From: Neophaeotheca triangularis
Lineage: Eukaryota
Assembly (NCBI GenBank): GCA_054600435.1
Contig: BAAIJX010000037.1
Span: forward strand, 62,001-126,000
Reading direction: 5' to 3'
Length of the DNA: 64,000 nucleotides
Positions within the stretch are counted from its first letter, which is position 1, and each line of letters starts with the position of its first letter. Positions 23,533 to 36,100 of the stretch are shown in pieces. Under the pieces are notes generated by a model. The model was given only the letters and a program-made list of their open reading frames with translations. It made no database searches and had not been told where the DNA came from. The position numbers were made by a program, and so were the translations under genes.

Positions 23533-25113
23533 ATGGTCTGGAGGAGCTTCGATCAGGATGTCGTTTGTCTTGTGGCGGTGTTTTTATGTATCGACTATTA
23601 GAAGCTTTCTTGATGCGAGGGTTTGTCAGATGGGTTCTATTCGGGATATATAACAGTGAAATCTCATTGCAGTGTTGGTGTATCGCGTATAGCTGCGTTT
23701 CCCTGGGAGGCGGTTTCGCTGCCGTAGTTGGGGGCGCAAATGCCATGGGTAGGTAAGGCTCGACAAAGAAGCCATCGCACTGTGCCGGCAAGCTGAAGAG
23801 GGAAGGGGCCTTGGAATTTGACGGCGGTTGCAGATGACCCGAATCAAGGGCTTTGTCTTGTTTTGAGGTCCAGATGATGTTGGTGGTCGGTACCACGGTA
23901 GGTAACTACTACGGCAAGGTAGGTTGTGGTATTGGCGAAGAAGTGTCGTATGGCACAGCACAGCACGTGGAGCCCCACTTTGACGACCCCTCTTTTTCCC
24001 TCGCCCTTTTCTTGACCTGCTTGACCTCATCCCGTGGATTTGAACCGCAGCGCATGGCTGAAAGACCCAACAGATCTCCCCCTTCCAATCTTCGCAAGCA
24101 TTTCTTACCGGCTAACGCGCGAACAAAAGTCGACACCCTTCATTGTTTGTGTGTACCGGTCGATGTGGCCCAACCTGAACAATGTTGATATCTCAACCGC
24201 CCGGCAAAGGGCAAGACAACTGGCGCGCTCGACTCCACACAATCGGCCTATCTCGGAATCACAATGGTTTGAAGATGCCATTACCAACCGCCGGACACGG
24301 AGTCACGTAGATAATAATCAACGCCGACTGGTAGTCGTCACACAGCATAAGTGTTTTTTCGAAACTGTTCTTCCCTTTTATTAAACCTGCTCCCCTATCT
24401 CTGGCCATTCACACTGCCCCCTTAGCCGAAAACTTTTTCCCATCGAGCAGCCTGCTGAACAATATAGGTACCGCGCTGCATCGGTCCAGTCCGCTGCACG
24501 ACATCCCACGCTGCGAACTACTTCCTCACTCCCAAGACGAGGGGTCATACATCCCTTTCGACGAACGCGAACCGCGAGCAAAAAAGGCATCTTTCTTCAT
24601 TGCTTCTGCAGGTCGCTCAGAACTGAGTCCCCACGCCCTGTCGCCCTGAAAGCCGTAAAATCAGACGGACCCCTCCACTAACTAGCGCCCTTCAAGTACA
24701 CCCGCGACTTGACGACATACCAGGTACAAGCAGCACAGCATCGCTCGTGGGCACCCCAGTTGCGTTGTGACGTCGGATCACGGCTCGGCTATCCTGGTAC
24801 CTCGACTACAAAGGATCCAACTCCGCACGACCCTGTCTCTTTGCTTCATAGTCGTATCTTTCGGCCATTTGGTAACTGGTTCGGAGGCAGACTCGGTCAT
24901 TTGGAAACTGCAAGAGACTCCCGCGTTCGGAAGACCATGAACTTCCAGTCTGCTGTCGTTGCCCAATATCCTATACCGGTTGAGCGAGTCAACCGTTGAT
25001 CCAGCAATAACATTTCCGAGTATCCTAAACGACACCGACGACCTGACGCCCTGAAGCGGGAAAAAAATACTTCCTCTAGTTCATCAACTGAACGAGGAAA
25101 CGCCACAGTGAAC

Positions 25114-26444
25114 ATGGAAGACTCAATGACCGAGTCTCTGACTCTCCTGAACACTACCATTGGGTTTTTGGTAAGTCTGCTATCAATCTGCGCATCTCAG
25201 CGACCAAGAAACTCATGCTTCGCTAGGGCACACACCTTGCACTGATCCACATTCCTCTCGAGGCTTACAGCCACTTCATGCAACCGATTCTGCAACTACT
25301 TCTGCAATCGCATACCCAGGAGACGGACGAAGGAGAAGTTAGCAAGCCTGCTAAACCATGGGCTTCTTTGTTTCCTTTCGTCAATATTTCCGTCTCTCCA
25401 CACGAATGTTCGGTCGTATGTCCTCGCGACCGAGCGGAAGAGCTGTTTGCTCCTCTTCTGAAGGGTCTTGAACCGAGCTTAGCGAAAAGGGTCTCTATCA
25501 GTCCAAACGACTATTCCGTCATCATGATCGGAGGCGAGGGGCTAGAAGCAGGTCAGCGGGTGCTTGATCTAACGACGCCACTAGCATTGGCTGGAATGTA
25601 AGGTTTCCTTTGACAAACTCCTATTCTACCGAGCATCCTCTAACGCCCTTCGAGCCCAATCTTTTTCATCACATCCTACTGGGCCGACTTCATCCTGGTC
25701 CCATTCTCCTCCCGCAAAATCGTCATCCAAGCCCTCGAAGCCCGCGGTTTCATCTTCGAATCCGACTCCACCAACGGCGAAGCAGGCCACATGACGAACC
25801 CTCAATCTCCCCTCAACAACAACAACCATAGCAGCCACATCCGCACCCCCTCCTGCGAGCATCCGCCCGGCACTCCCACAACCCCACCACCCCGCACAGT
25901 CACCGACCTACAAACCCGCACCTTCAAACTCCTCGCCCGCCACAACGTAATTCCAACCCCACTCCCCGACCTCCAACTCCTAACCTGCGCCGGCATCAAA
26001 GACAGCACCAGCACCTCGTGCTCGCAAAACTTCACCCAAGAAAAACTACACCTAGGCCTAATCCGCTGCCTAACAAACCCCTCCAGCCCGCCCAAATTTC
26101 TCTCCCTAACCCTCACAGACACGGACTCGGCCTCTCTCACTCTCGAGAAAAGACTGATCCCACTCTTCCCCAACGCAGGCGAGGACGTGCTCCTAGGCAC
26201 CAACGGCGACGTGCAAGTGCCCGTCACTTTTGATTTGAGTGGTTTCGACGTTGGGACTACGGGTTTGGTTTGCGGCGTCGCGGGTAGGCTTGTTGAGGGT
26301 ATGAGGGGCAGGTTGGGGGGCGAGGAGGCGGCTTTTGATATGGCGTATCTTTCCACAGCGAGGGCGGGGCACGTTGTGGTTTTTGAGGACGAGGTTGGGG
26401 TTGTTGTGGAGGTTTTGAAGGGGGTGGGAGGGGATGGAGCTTGA
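25114..26444 (+). CDS. CASTOR/GATS-like ACT-domain protein; exons 25114-25170, 25227-25597, 25655-26444
   Basis: LIHIPL...FMQPILQLL, FVNISVSPHECSVVC, LEAGQRVLDLTTPLALAGIPIFFITSYWADFILVP, TGLVCGVAGRL, MAYLSTARAGHVVV. The second intron needs a GAG acceptor. Confidence 0.85.
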
Positions 26445-27358
26445 GAGGGGGTTGTTCGCGAGGCCTGCCTGTTTGGGTTTTCTTTGCTACTTGGATGCAC
26501 TGCGGTTGTGCGTGCTTGCGAAGCGTTTGCGTAGTCACCCTTTTTTCTGCTTGCCACGACCCAGGGCGATGCAGGACTCGACTCCGCTGCTCATGTGACA
26601 CACGGTTCTTGACGCTGCAGCCGCCCTCTTACTAGTAGGTAGTCGGGTGATAGGATGGCTTGACTTGACATGCCGCTCCTTATCTAAGACCCTGCATGCC
26701 TTGTAGTATGCTTTGATACACCAGAGGCCTCATGGCGCTGCTATCAATCGGCATGGTAACTGGAGGTGCCCTTGTAGAGCAAATGACGGGTTATCCAATA
26801 TTCATCACGACAAAGACCCGACGAGAGGTGAAAGTCTGAAAGAGCTCAAGGCAGGTTGTTGTGCCTGAAAGTCTGTCGGACCGTTGTTGCAGGGAAGGCA
26901 CACCCAAAGCGGTTAGATTGATTCATGTCGGTGACGTTGTTGTCAAAGCTCCGACGAGAGCACTGCGGCGTGACTTTGACCTTGATCTTCAACTCACTCC
27001 TGCTGCTACTCCCAACACTGCCTCCACCACAGACAAACCTCAGCTCGACATCAGACTGCTCGTCTAGGCTGACAAGGCCAAGAAGAAGCCTTACCACCGG
27101 CTCTTGCTCCAACTGCTTGCTCTCAGCAGTCATCGGAGATTGGCCGGACAGCAGCACAGGGCAATATAGCTTAGGTAGCTTACTTGCCGCCTGACGAGCC
27201 ACTTTCGAATCACAACCTCACCTCGCCTCGCCTCGCCTTACCTCGCACTTGAGAGGTAAAGAGCATCCGCCAGCAAGGACACAACACAAGCCCGTACCTC
27301 CTCTCGAATAAGGAACATCATCCTCAACCCGATCAACTGCAAGAGCTGCCCTAAGCGG

Positions 27359-30132
27359 ATGTCTTCAGCTGGTTAGGTCCAGCGAAGACATCTTGGATTC
27401 ACACGCGCCTCATCGCGTAGGCACCACCTTCGAGCTGGCCTCCAACCAGAGCGGAGATCATACTCCCCCAATCGCCGCCTCAAACACCACCGCCGAACCT
27501 TCCTCAATATCCTTAGCATCACACACTACAGCACATAACCCCCCCACAGACCCACAAGCACCTGAAGGAGAGCAGACCACCAACGTCGCAAACACATCTG
27601 ATCGATCCCGTAAAAGACCTCGCTCTTCCTCACCCACGGAAGGTGTGCCAACGAGTAGAAACAGTCCACATCACCACAAGAAGCGTCAACGCGCTTCACC
27701 CTCACAAGAGGCAGGCGATAGTATGCGTTCGGGAGAGCAGCACTTCAACAACAACGGCTCAAGCCCGCACAGCCATACCAATGGATCGGCCAAAAGCTCA
27801 GAGACCAACGGGTACCACCCAGCAAGCAACGGCTATGCCAACGATGACGCGCCACAAACCGCCCAGAACACGTCGCCATATTTTGGACACGATAGGGAGG
27901 AAGTCACGCGTATAGTAATGCAGGGGCTGTCGGATCTGGGCTATGACGGGATCGCTTCGCAGTTGCAGAGGACTTCTGGCTACAGATTGGAAGTACCGCG
28001 AGTGGCTTCCTTCAGGCGTGCGGTGCTGCAGGGTGACTGGGAGGAGGCGGAGGTGACGCTTTTTGGGGCTGATGCTGAGGAGAAACAATCCGGCTCTACA
28101 CTCGGTAATACTTTCGGACTGCGTGGAGGGAGATCAGATGCTAATGGAGAATCAGATGGCGGCGAACAGCAGATGGAGCAGGACGGCACGAAAGCATCCG
28201 GACTCCCGTTGGTCGAAGAAGCGGACACCCACAGCATGCGCTTTCTATTGCGGGAGCAGAAGTATCTGGAGTTACTTGAGCAGAGGAACATTGATGCTGC
28301 GCTGAAGGTCTTGCAGAACGAATTAACGCCACTCAAGCGGGATGTTACGCGGCTGCATATGTTGTCAAGGTGAGTTTAATAGGAGTCTGTCTGGATTGCA
28401 TTGAGTCAATTACTAATTTCTTTTAGCCTTCTGATGTGCAACTCTGCCGCCGATATCCGCAGCCGTGCTCTATGGTCTGGCGCTAAAGGCAACTCGCGCG
28501 CTGAACTCTTGTCCGCTCTTAATCAGAACATCTCGCCATCCGTCATGATACCCGAACACCGCCTTGCAAGTCTTCTTACGGAACGCCAAACTGCACAAAT
28601 ACTTGACTGCCGCTACCACAACACCCTCACCCCACCATCACTCTTCAGCGAACACAGCTGTCCCGCCTCAGATTTTCCAACTCAAACACAGACCGAGCTT
28701 CGAGATCATACAGACGAAGTGTGGCACCTCGATTTTTCACCAGATGGCACTAGACTTGCCACCGCCGGCAAAGATGGACTTGTTGTGATTTACGACACGG
28801 TCAACTGGCAGACAACGCACGAGTACAAGATTTCGGCCGACTCGAATGCTTCCGCCACTCCACAAAACGCGACAGGCAATGGCATTTGCTACATCGCCTT
28901 CTCCCCCGACAGCAAATGCCTCTGCATTTGCTCCCAGAGCAACGAATTCGTCGTTCTCGGCATGGTTGATGGTCGACCCCTCGCACGAGGCGATCACTTC
29001 GGATACCCGGTCACTTCCTGTGCATGGATGCCGGATGCTGAGCGTCTCATCATAGGCACGCAGGACAGTCAACGCCCGCTAGGTATGTATTCCATCACTA
29101 ACAGCACTATCCCTGGGGTCTACGAACGCGACAATAGACCGAGCTACGCCCGTCCTAGCGAGATCCGGAATCGCGAACTACATTCCTTCCGCATACCTCC
29201 TTGGAATCCAGGCCGCAGAGACCAACCCTCATCCTTTAGAACAACCGACTGCGCGGTCAACCCGGCTGGTACCCTTCTGGCCGCCAGCACCACCGACAAC
29301 GACATCGTCCTCTACGAGCTCGAAACCGACGAGAAGCGCAGAGTAGGCGTCTGGACGATGGAAGACAGACTCAGCTCCGTGGCCTTTTCCTCAGACGGCG
29401 AAGAACTCCTCATCAACATGAACGAAGGCCAAGTCTTAACCCTCGACATACGCACCGGCGGCGTGCTACAGCGCTTCGAAGGCATCACGCAAAAGGAATT
29501 TGTCATCCGCAGCACTTACGGCGGCGCGGGCGGCAACCTCGTCGCTTCCGGCTCAGAGGGTAAGTCCATCTTCTCCCGTTTCGAAGGCTATGATGAGCGC
29601 GAGAAAGCGCAAGTCAAACGCTTCTTGCGGCCTTTGAAATTACCGGAGCTGACGATTGATCGCTTTGGTACAGGTTCGCAGATTTGCATCTGGAGACGGC
29701 AGACTGGCGCGCTGGTCGCTAAACTCGAAGCCCATAGCGGTGGTACGGTCAATGCTGTTGCTTGGCATCCGACGCGCCACGATGTCTGGGCGAGCGCAGG
29801 TGATGATCGTGGAGTGAGGATGTGAGTTTACCTTTTCCCCCTTCCCTAATCCCCTTCTGCGCTTTCTTGCTAACTTTTATCGTTCTTACAGTTGGACTTC
29901 AGCCACGGCTCTCCGTCTCGCGAACGAGGCTCGCCAAACTTCCGACTCTGGTGGTCATTTGAGCCCCGTTTATATCAATCTCAATGACGATATAGATACC
30001 AATGACGATAATAACGATGATGAAGGCAATGGCGATGCAGTGACGAGGAGTGTGCGACCTGAAGCTCGGGGGCAGGGACGGGAAAGTTTTGCTGCGAGAG
30101 GGTTTGGGGGGTTGGGGGCGAGGTTGAGTTAA
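27359..30132 (+). CDS. WDR26/Gid7-like LisH-CTLH-WD40 protein (GID/CTLH E3 ligase subunit); 5' end uncertain
   Basis: YFGHDREEVTRI...LGY (LisH), FRRAVLQGDW...QKYLELLE (CTLH), SPSVMIPEHRLA, HTDEVW, FVIRS.YGG, VNAVAWHP...ASAGDD. Introns 28370-28426, 29560-29673, 29822-29891. Confidence 0.88.
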
Positions 30133-31404
30133 GCTTCAGCTTTGAGCCTTTGGCGCGACGACGGAATTGTTTATTGAGGCAACGAGGCAGGGAAAGGGAA
30201 AGCGGGCGTGCTCGGATGTTTGCTTGCCTACTTACTCCGCTCGGGTGACGAGACTCGGACTCGACACAGCGCACAGTATTATGGTTCGTCTTCCCTAGGA
30301 TGGTGTCCTCTGCTGCTGCTGCTGCTGCTGCTACATGGCATGGCGTTTTTTGTTTCGGTTGGCTGGATAGACACAGGCAGACAGGCAGGCAGACATTTCG
30401 GGCTGGAGCGGATCATATCATATCGGGCACAGCGGGTCGTGAGTGCCAGTGCCGGCGGGCGGATCTTTGCCTCGCTAGCTAGCTAATAGCTCTGCGAGCT
30501 CTGCGAGTGAGACGTACATACTTACCTGTAGGCAAGTGTTTATGGCAAGTTATGAAGTGAGACTGGGAGTTTGCGAGGGTTGTCGTGCGTTTGGTTTTGT
30601 GTTTTGGAGTCTGGGGTATGTACTCGTTCTCTGGGTTTGTTTAAGGAAATGGAATTGGGGGCTGTCGACCTTTCAATGGAGATAGGGGTAGAAAAGGTAT
30701 TCAGTCCAAGCTCGTGCGGACTCGGGTACCCATGACTCGCGATCACCGTCGGCGTATAACCAAAACCCCGCCGGAACTCCATCGGACCATCACCCGAGTG
30801 CTCTGCTCAGCCGTCGCGAAAACATCTTTAATTATTAATCCACAAGAAATCTTGCTTCCTGTGCTTCCATTCGGCACCTTGTGCGATGTGCCAGAGGTTC
30901 CCCTCGTCCTTCCTACAGTCTCTTGACCAAGCGAATTTCCGGGTTGAGTAGATCAGCAGCGTCAGTCGTCACGCGCCCAGACCGAAAAAACCCTCGTCGC
31001 CGCCACTTTCTTGCTGCCTTCCGCCCGCAGTGGGACCACGCGCTGGCTTGTGTGGCCGCTGATCAGCTTTCGTCATCGCGTAGACAACTTGAATGCAAGC
31101 TCGAACGCAAAAGCATGTGTATATAAAGGAGGGATCCACGTGGGGCGTTACGGTAGGGGAAGGTGTTTCTTACTTTGCGTCTCCAATTCCCCCGTCTCTC
31201 AAGCCGTCGTCTTTTAACTTGTCGTCGTTGTCATCTTTGAGAAGCGAGCGGAACAGACGCTTCGAAAGCTACTCCAACCGTACCTCTAGTACCCACCCAC
31301 CCCAAGCTACAGCCACAGCGACAGCCACAGCACCTCCCTACAAACGCGAGATCCAGGTCCACCAACCAACACAAGAAACCCCAAAACGAAACCAAACAAC
31401 CACC

Positions 31405-31769
31405 ATGCCGAACCCCTTCAACGCCCTCCCGGACATCGCTCCCAACGGCCCCCTCGACAACAACAAAGGCACTTCTCCCCCCCCTCCCTCCCACCCAACC
31501 CCCCAACTAACCCCCCCAATCCAGGCCCCCTCTCCGCCATCGGCGACCCCGTCGGCCAAGTCCTGGACAAATCGCTCAAACCCACCGTCGGGCTCGTCAC
31601 CGGCGGCGTGGGGAAACCTTCCGGCGACGCGGCCATGGAGGTCAAGGACACGGCTTATGAGAAGGCCGGGCTGAAAGAGCAGGCGAAGCGTGGTGAGGGC
31701 CAGGACGCCCCGGGCGGTGAGAGGATTGGGGGGAATAAGCAGACGGGGCAGAATCCGCTTGGGTTGTAG
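31405..31769 (+). CDS. small hydrophilic fungal hypothetical protein (~102 aa) ending IGGNKQTGQNPLGL; intron 31469-31524
   Basis: CACCATG start, CTAAC...CAG acceptor, coherent exon 2 (GPLSAIGDPVG...). TATATAAA near 31119. The donor must be GC. Confidence 0.72.
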
Positions 31770-33136
31770 GGGGGTTTCGTTTTTTTTCTAAAAAATGAAA
31801 AGGAGGATGTGGTTGGTGGAGGGGATGGGGTGGAGAATGGATGGCGGTGCTGGGGAGGGTTTTGGATGTTTTGATAGGGCCTTTGATCAAGGGTTTTGTT
31901 TTCAGGCATGGCGAGCGAGTCGGCATTTGAGGCGGGTGTTCGACGGGTGTCATTGAGGGCGTTCATGAGAGGGAGGTGCTTTGGACGAGTTTCGACGCTC
32001 GCTTTTGTAATAGCATGGGAGATTATTGGACATGTGGGCTGGACGACTTGACAAAGAAATTGTACTTGTTCGCACAGTCGAAGCAGATCTGGTACACACT
32101 TTTTTTTTTTTCTTTCCTCTTGGACTAGAGACTGTTTTGTCATGCCCAGCGGGCGCGGTACAGTCGTTGGAATTACGGCACTTCGAGTGATGAGAGGATA
32201 GAATACGAGGAGCTAGGTATTCCATGTCGCTGGTGAGATGGAGCAAGTGATTGGTATGTGAGGTGAGAAGAGAGGGGAGTTTTGTATATAGAACGGTAGG
32301 CGCGTCTGGGGAAGGTCACCTACTCCACTCGGATAGAGAGGAGTGAGGCGGACTGGGATCAGGAAGCCATTGTCTTGAGATGCTTCAGGTACTGTACACA
32401 GTAGGTATGTAGAGGGATGCTGCTTTAGCTCTATCTATCACGTGCTCGATGTGTTGGCGAGGACAACGACAAGAATGTAAGACTAGTAAGCAGTGAGGTA
32501 AGGTAAGAAGCTCATCTGGCGGTTTTAATTATTGCTCAGGTGTTCCAAGATGCAATCGCTAAACCGGTACCATGGAGAGATGCATGGTTTGCATGAAATT
32601 AATCCATGTAGGACGACGTGGTGGTAATGGTAGCCTCTGGATGGCATGCGAGTCGACAAAAGAAAACCGCCCGGCATTATGTATCTTGTGGACACGCCCC
32701 TTTTTCCACGCTATTGGCTGGCTGTCTGTCTGTCATGCATGCATGCATGCCACCCCTCACCTTCATGCACTACTGCCAGTCTGCATCACACCAACACCAA
32801 GAGTCGAGAGCACAGTACCTAGGTATACTCCACCTGGCTCGTGATCGATCGTCAGTCGTTACGTCCTTTGCAATTGCACCTCGTCTGCTGCCCGCCTGTC
32901 TGCATGTCGTCCGTCGTCGTCGTCGTCGCATTCTTTCCGCCCATCGCTGACACAGTAGGGTTCCTCCACTTCCTAAGGCGGGCATACCAAGGAGGATTCA
33001 CTGACCAGCTCTCCGGATCGGCTTCCCGCAGCACCTTGGGGTATCCTATCGATAGCAGCCCCGGGCAGCTTCCTCCACAAACTGCGACCATGGCATGAAA
33101 GGCACCAAAGACTCGAGAAGCGTTGGCCCTGGTACC

Positions 33137-33162
33137 ACCTACCTACCTACCTACCTACCTAC
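33137..33162. repeat. (ACCT)6 microsatellite just upstream of ATG 33190
   Basis: Read directly from the sequence. Confidence 0.9.
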
Positions 33163-33189
33163 AAATCGCCACGCGCTCGAGGCAAAGAG

Positions 33190-36100
33190 ATGCCTGACCC
33201 TGACTGGCAGCTTCTAGACGAGAGAAAGGCATCTCGCTGTATGTTGTTCTTTTCGCTTGTCGTCGCCGCCGCTCCGCCACGTCTCTCACCTCTCTCACAT
33301 CCAATCACACCGCTTTACATTTTTGGAGAAAAGGCGAGCGGGACTTTGATGAGCTGGCACTGCTGGCATCTATCAACCTTGGACGCTAACCAATCTTACC
33401 TCCTGCAGCTGTGTCACCTAATGCTTCTGCCTTTCATGCTTTCAGCTCTTCCACTTCCACACCTTCTCCCCTCGAGGCCAAGCGGGATACTAACGCCTTC
33501 CACTTCCACTTCCACCACCGACCAAGGTCCCATTCCGCACCTCCTCCCTCCCATGACATGGCTAGGAAGTCAACACAACCACCCCAGGCCACACAGGACC
33601 TTCCTAAAGTAAAGGCCATCAATCCACCGGAATGCGCCGAGTTACCAGGCGTTGGTAATAGCCATCCTGTCGTTCCAATTCTTCTCAATGAACCACCCCA
33701 ACACACACCCCAAGGACAATGCCCGTCCAAGGATGAAGACTTTGATGTCCAGACATGCCTGCCAGTGGAGGTCCCTGAACCTTTGCCTTTGCAGGGCATG
33801 TCTTGCGCTGATTCCACCGCTACTCCGAACGGAAACCCCGACCTGACAACTCGGAATCTTCCCGAGCAGTCAGAAGACCCCGAAGCTGACGATGCCACAT
33901 CGCTCCCATGCCCTTCCATAGCCGAGGTTACCCGGTTGCTCAGAATCCAGGAGTACCAGAAAAGGAAATGCCAACAAGCTCAAAGCCAACTTCGAGGCCT
34001 CCGGTTCGCCGTCGCCAGGAATACTCGGTTACTTAATAGCTTCTGCTCCGTCCGGGGAACCTTTGCGGAGTGTATCAGGTCAGAAGACAAGCCCAGCTTT
34101 GCTAACCTCCATGATGCATTCCAAGAGGCATGTGCCGCTACCGATAGCCGTCCAGCTTCCATTGAACTGGATGATCCTACAGATGCAAAAGCTCCACTCA
34201 ACTACCCTCCGTCATTCATAGACCAGTTATCGGGCTCGTCACGCGATACTCTACTGGACTTTCTCGGTCAATTGCGATCTGACGGCACATTCATCGCTGA
34301 ACGGCTCCTTGCACTTTCCCACAAGGAGCTTCTCGTTTTGCTACCCGAGAATCAGAAAGGGCCCGCCCAAGAGTCTGTGTTCGGATCACCAGGCAGAGGC
34401 TCCAGTCGTCTGTCCAAACCCCTCGGATACGTGGTCGATGGCCAGCTCGATCAAATAGGCGGAAGTGGCTTTGCGAGCTCGCTGGAGTCACTGATATGTA
34501 CTGTTCGTTGTACCGGAGTTCCTACACACGAGGAGCAGACTAGAGAGCTACATGTCTGGGCCACTGTCGCCGCCAAATTGATCATCGAGCAGAAGCCTGG
34601 CAGTGAGAAATTCGTACCCGCACTACTGAACATGTGGTCCGGCTTCCATGCTTGGCAAGGCAAGGACGGCCTGGGACAATGGATAGCGAAGACGCTCCAG
34701 GATGGATCGTTCCTGCTCGAGCAACCTAACAAGCAGACGTTCCGTATGCGGGCCCAAGGACGTCCGGAAGGGTCTGCAGAAGATGAAGCTCGAATGGAAG
34801 CCTTCTATACGCGTGCAGTAAACTCACTTCTTGATCTTTTAGGTGATACATCGCAAGTTTCCATCGTTCCCAATGGCGCCACAGCGCTTTCAAAAGCCAT
34901 TCTACGGAGCCTTTCCTCTTCACCAGGACACCAGCGCGCATTTCCGCAGTTTGTCATGGCTCGGTGGCTTCTTCCCGCGTTCTTTCATGAGGCTATTACT
35001 CTTCCCGAGGCAAGTCGTAGTCGTGTGTGGTCTGTACACCCCTTGGCTAACTCTGCTCAAGGCCCATGGTTTGTTGGCAGATCACTACATTTCCGATTTG
35101 GCGAGACAACGCATTCTACGTGAGATCGCATTACGCGCACAGAAGGTTGTGTTGGATGTCGCATACAATTGGTAAATTGGCTCGACGACTTGAATTGCCG
35201 TTATTCGACTGACAACTTTCACAGGAAGTACGGCAATGCGGTATCTCACGAAGCTGCCGTTCGAGTCAACACCATAACACGGCTATTCGAAGACGACGAT
35301 GTTGTCCCAAACGCGAGCCAGCGCGGCCCTCGAACACAGCATCCCGCCACCGACGCACCCATGATAGCTGTAACAGCATCAGATGTCTTAGGCATGGTCA
35401 ACGCTCTCTACCCAGTGCGACGGCCCTCCTCGCTTTCTTCCGACCGAGACACTCTCCGTTCAGGTCTCCAGTCTTCCGCTTCTTCTATCTCCGGCTTTTC
35501 CATGTTCAAAGGCGCCAACGGATCTGATACTACCCTTTCCGCCCCAACCTGGTCTACTGACAGTCTGTGTTCCTTGAGTGGGCATAAACCAAGTAGTGAC
35601 GAGGCAGTAGTTCCAGGATTGAGCGGAGACCGGGTAGCCTGGGAAGATGTAGAAAGCCAGTGTCTACGAGACGCTTGTTCCGATTTGGAAGATGCCGTCA
35701 ATAGGACCAGGGGATCTCCGGCACAGGACATCTCGCAATGGGCTTTCCTCACCACCGATTCCAACACGTACGCTCTCAGCACCGTGCGACAGAAGCTGCA
35801 GGCTACCATCGGTGTTGGTGGTTCAAGTGAGCCTGAGGTTGATGCGGTAAGTATAGTAGGAGCTAGTTCGCCGCACGATTCCGCGATACCTCTAGTCTGC
35901 GCCACGGCCGTAGAAACCCTTCTCGTTGCGTATGGTCGTGATGTGGATCCTAGCATGGAGAACTTGTCAGGAGACCATGGACAGACTGAACTGGAATTGT
36001 ATGCCTATCTGGTCGATACCTTTGATGATGCCATCCGAGACTGTCATCTGAGGTCTGACTTCGTAATGGCTCACGAATGGTTCGAGGCGTCGCAAAGCCT

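Noticed and set aside
23483..24400. Short ORFs between CDH and the CASTOR-like gene as a possible gene relic
   Set aside because: No recognisable motif or consistent frame.
30518..30528. ATACTTACCTG, identical to the U1 snRNA 5' end
   Set aside because: No downstream U1-70K loop (GATCAxGAAG), U1A loop (ATTGCAC) or Sm site. It is equally a consensus donor site on the minus strand.
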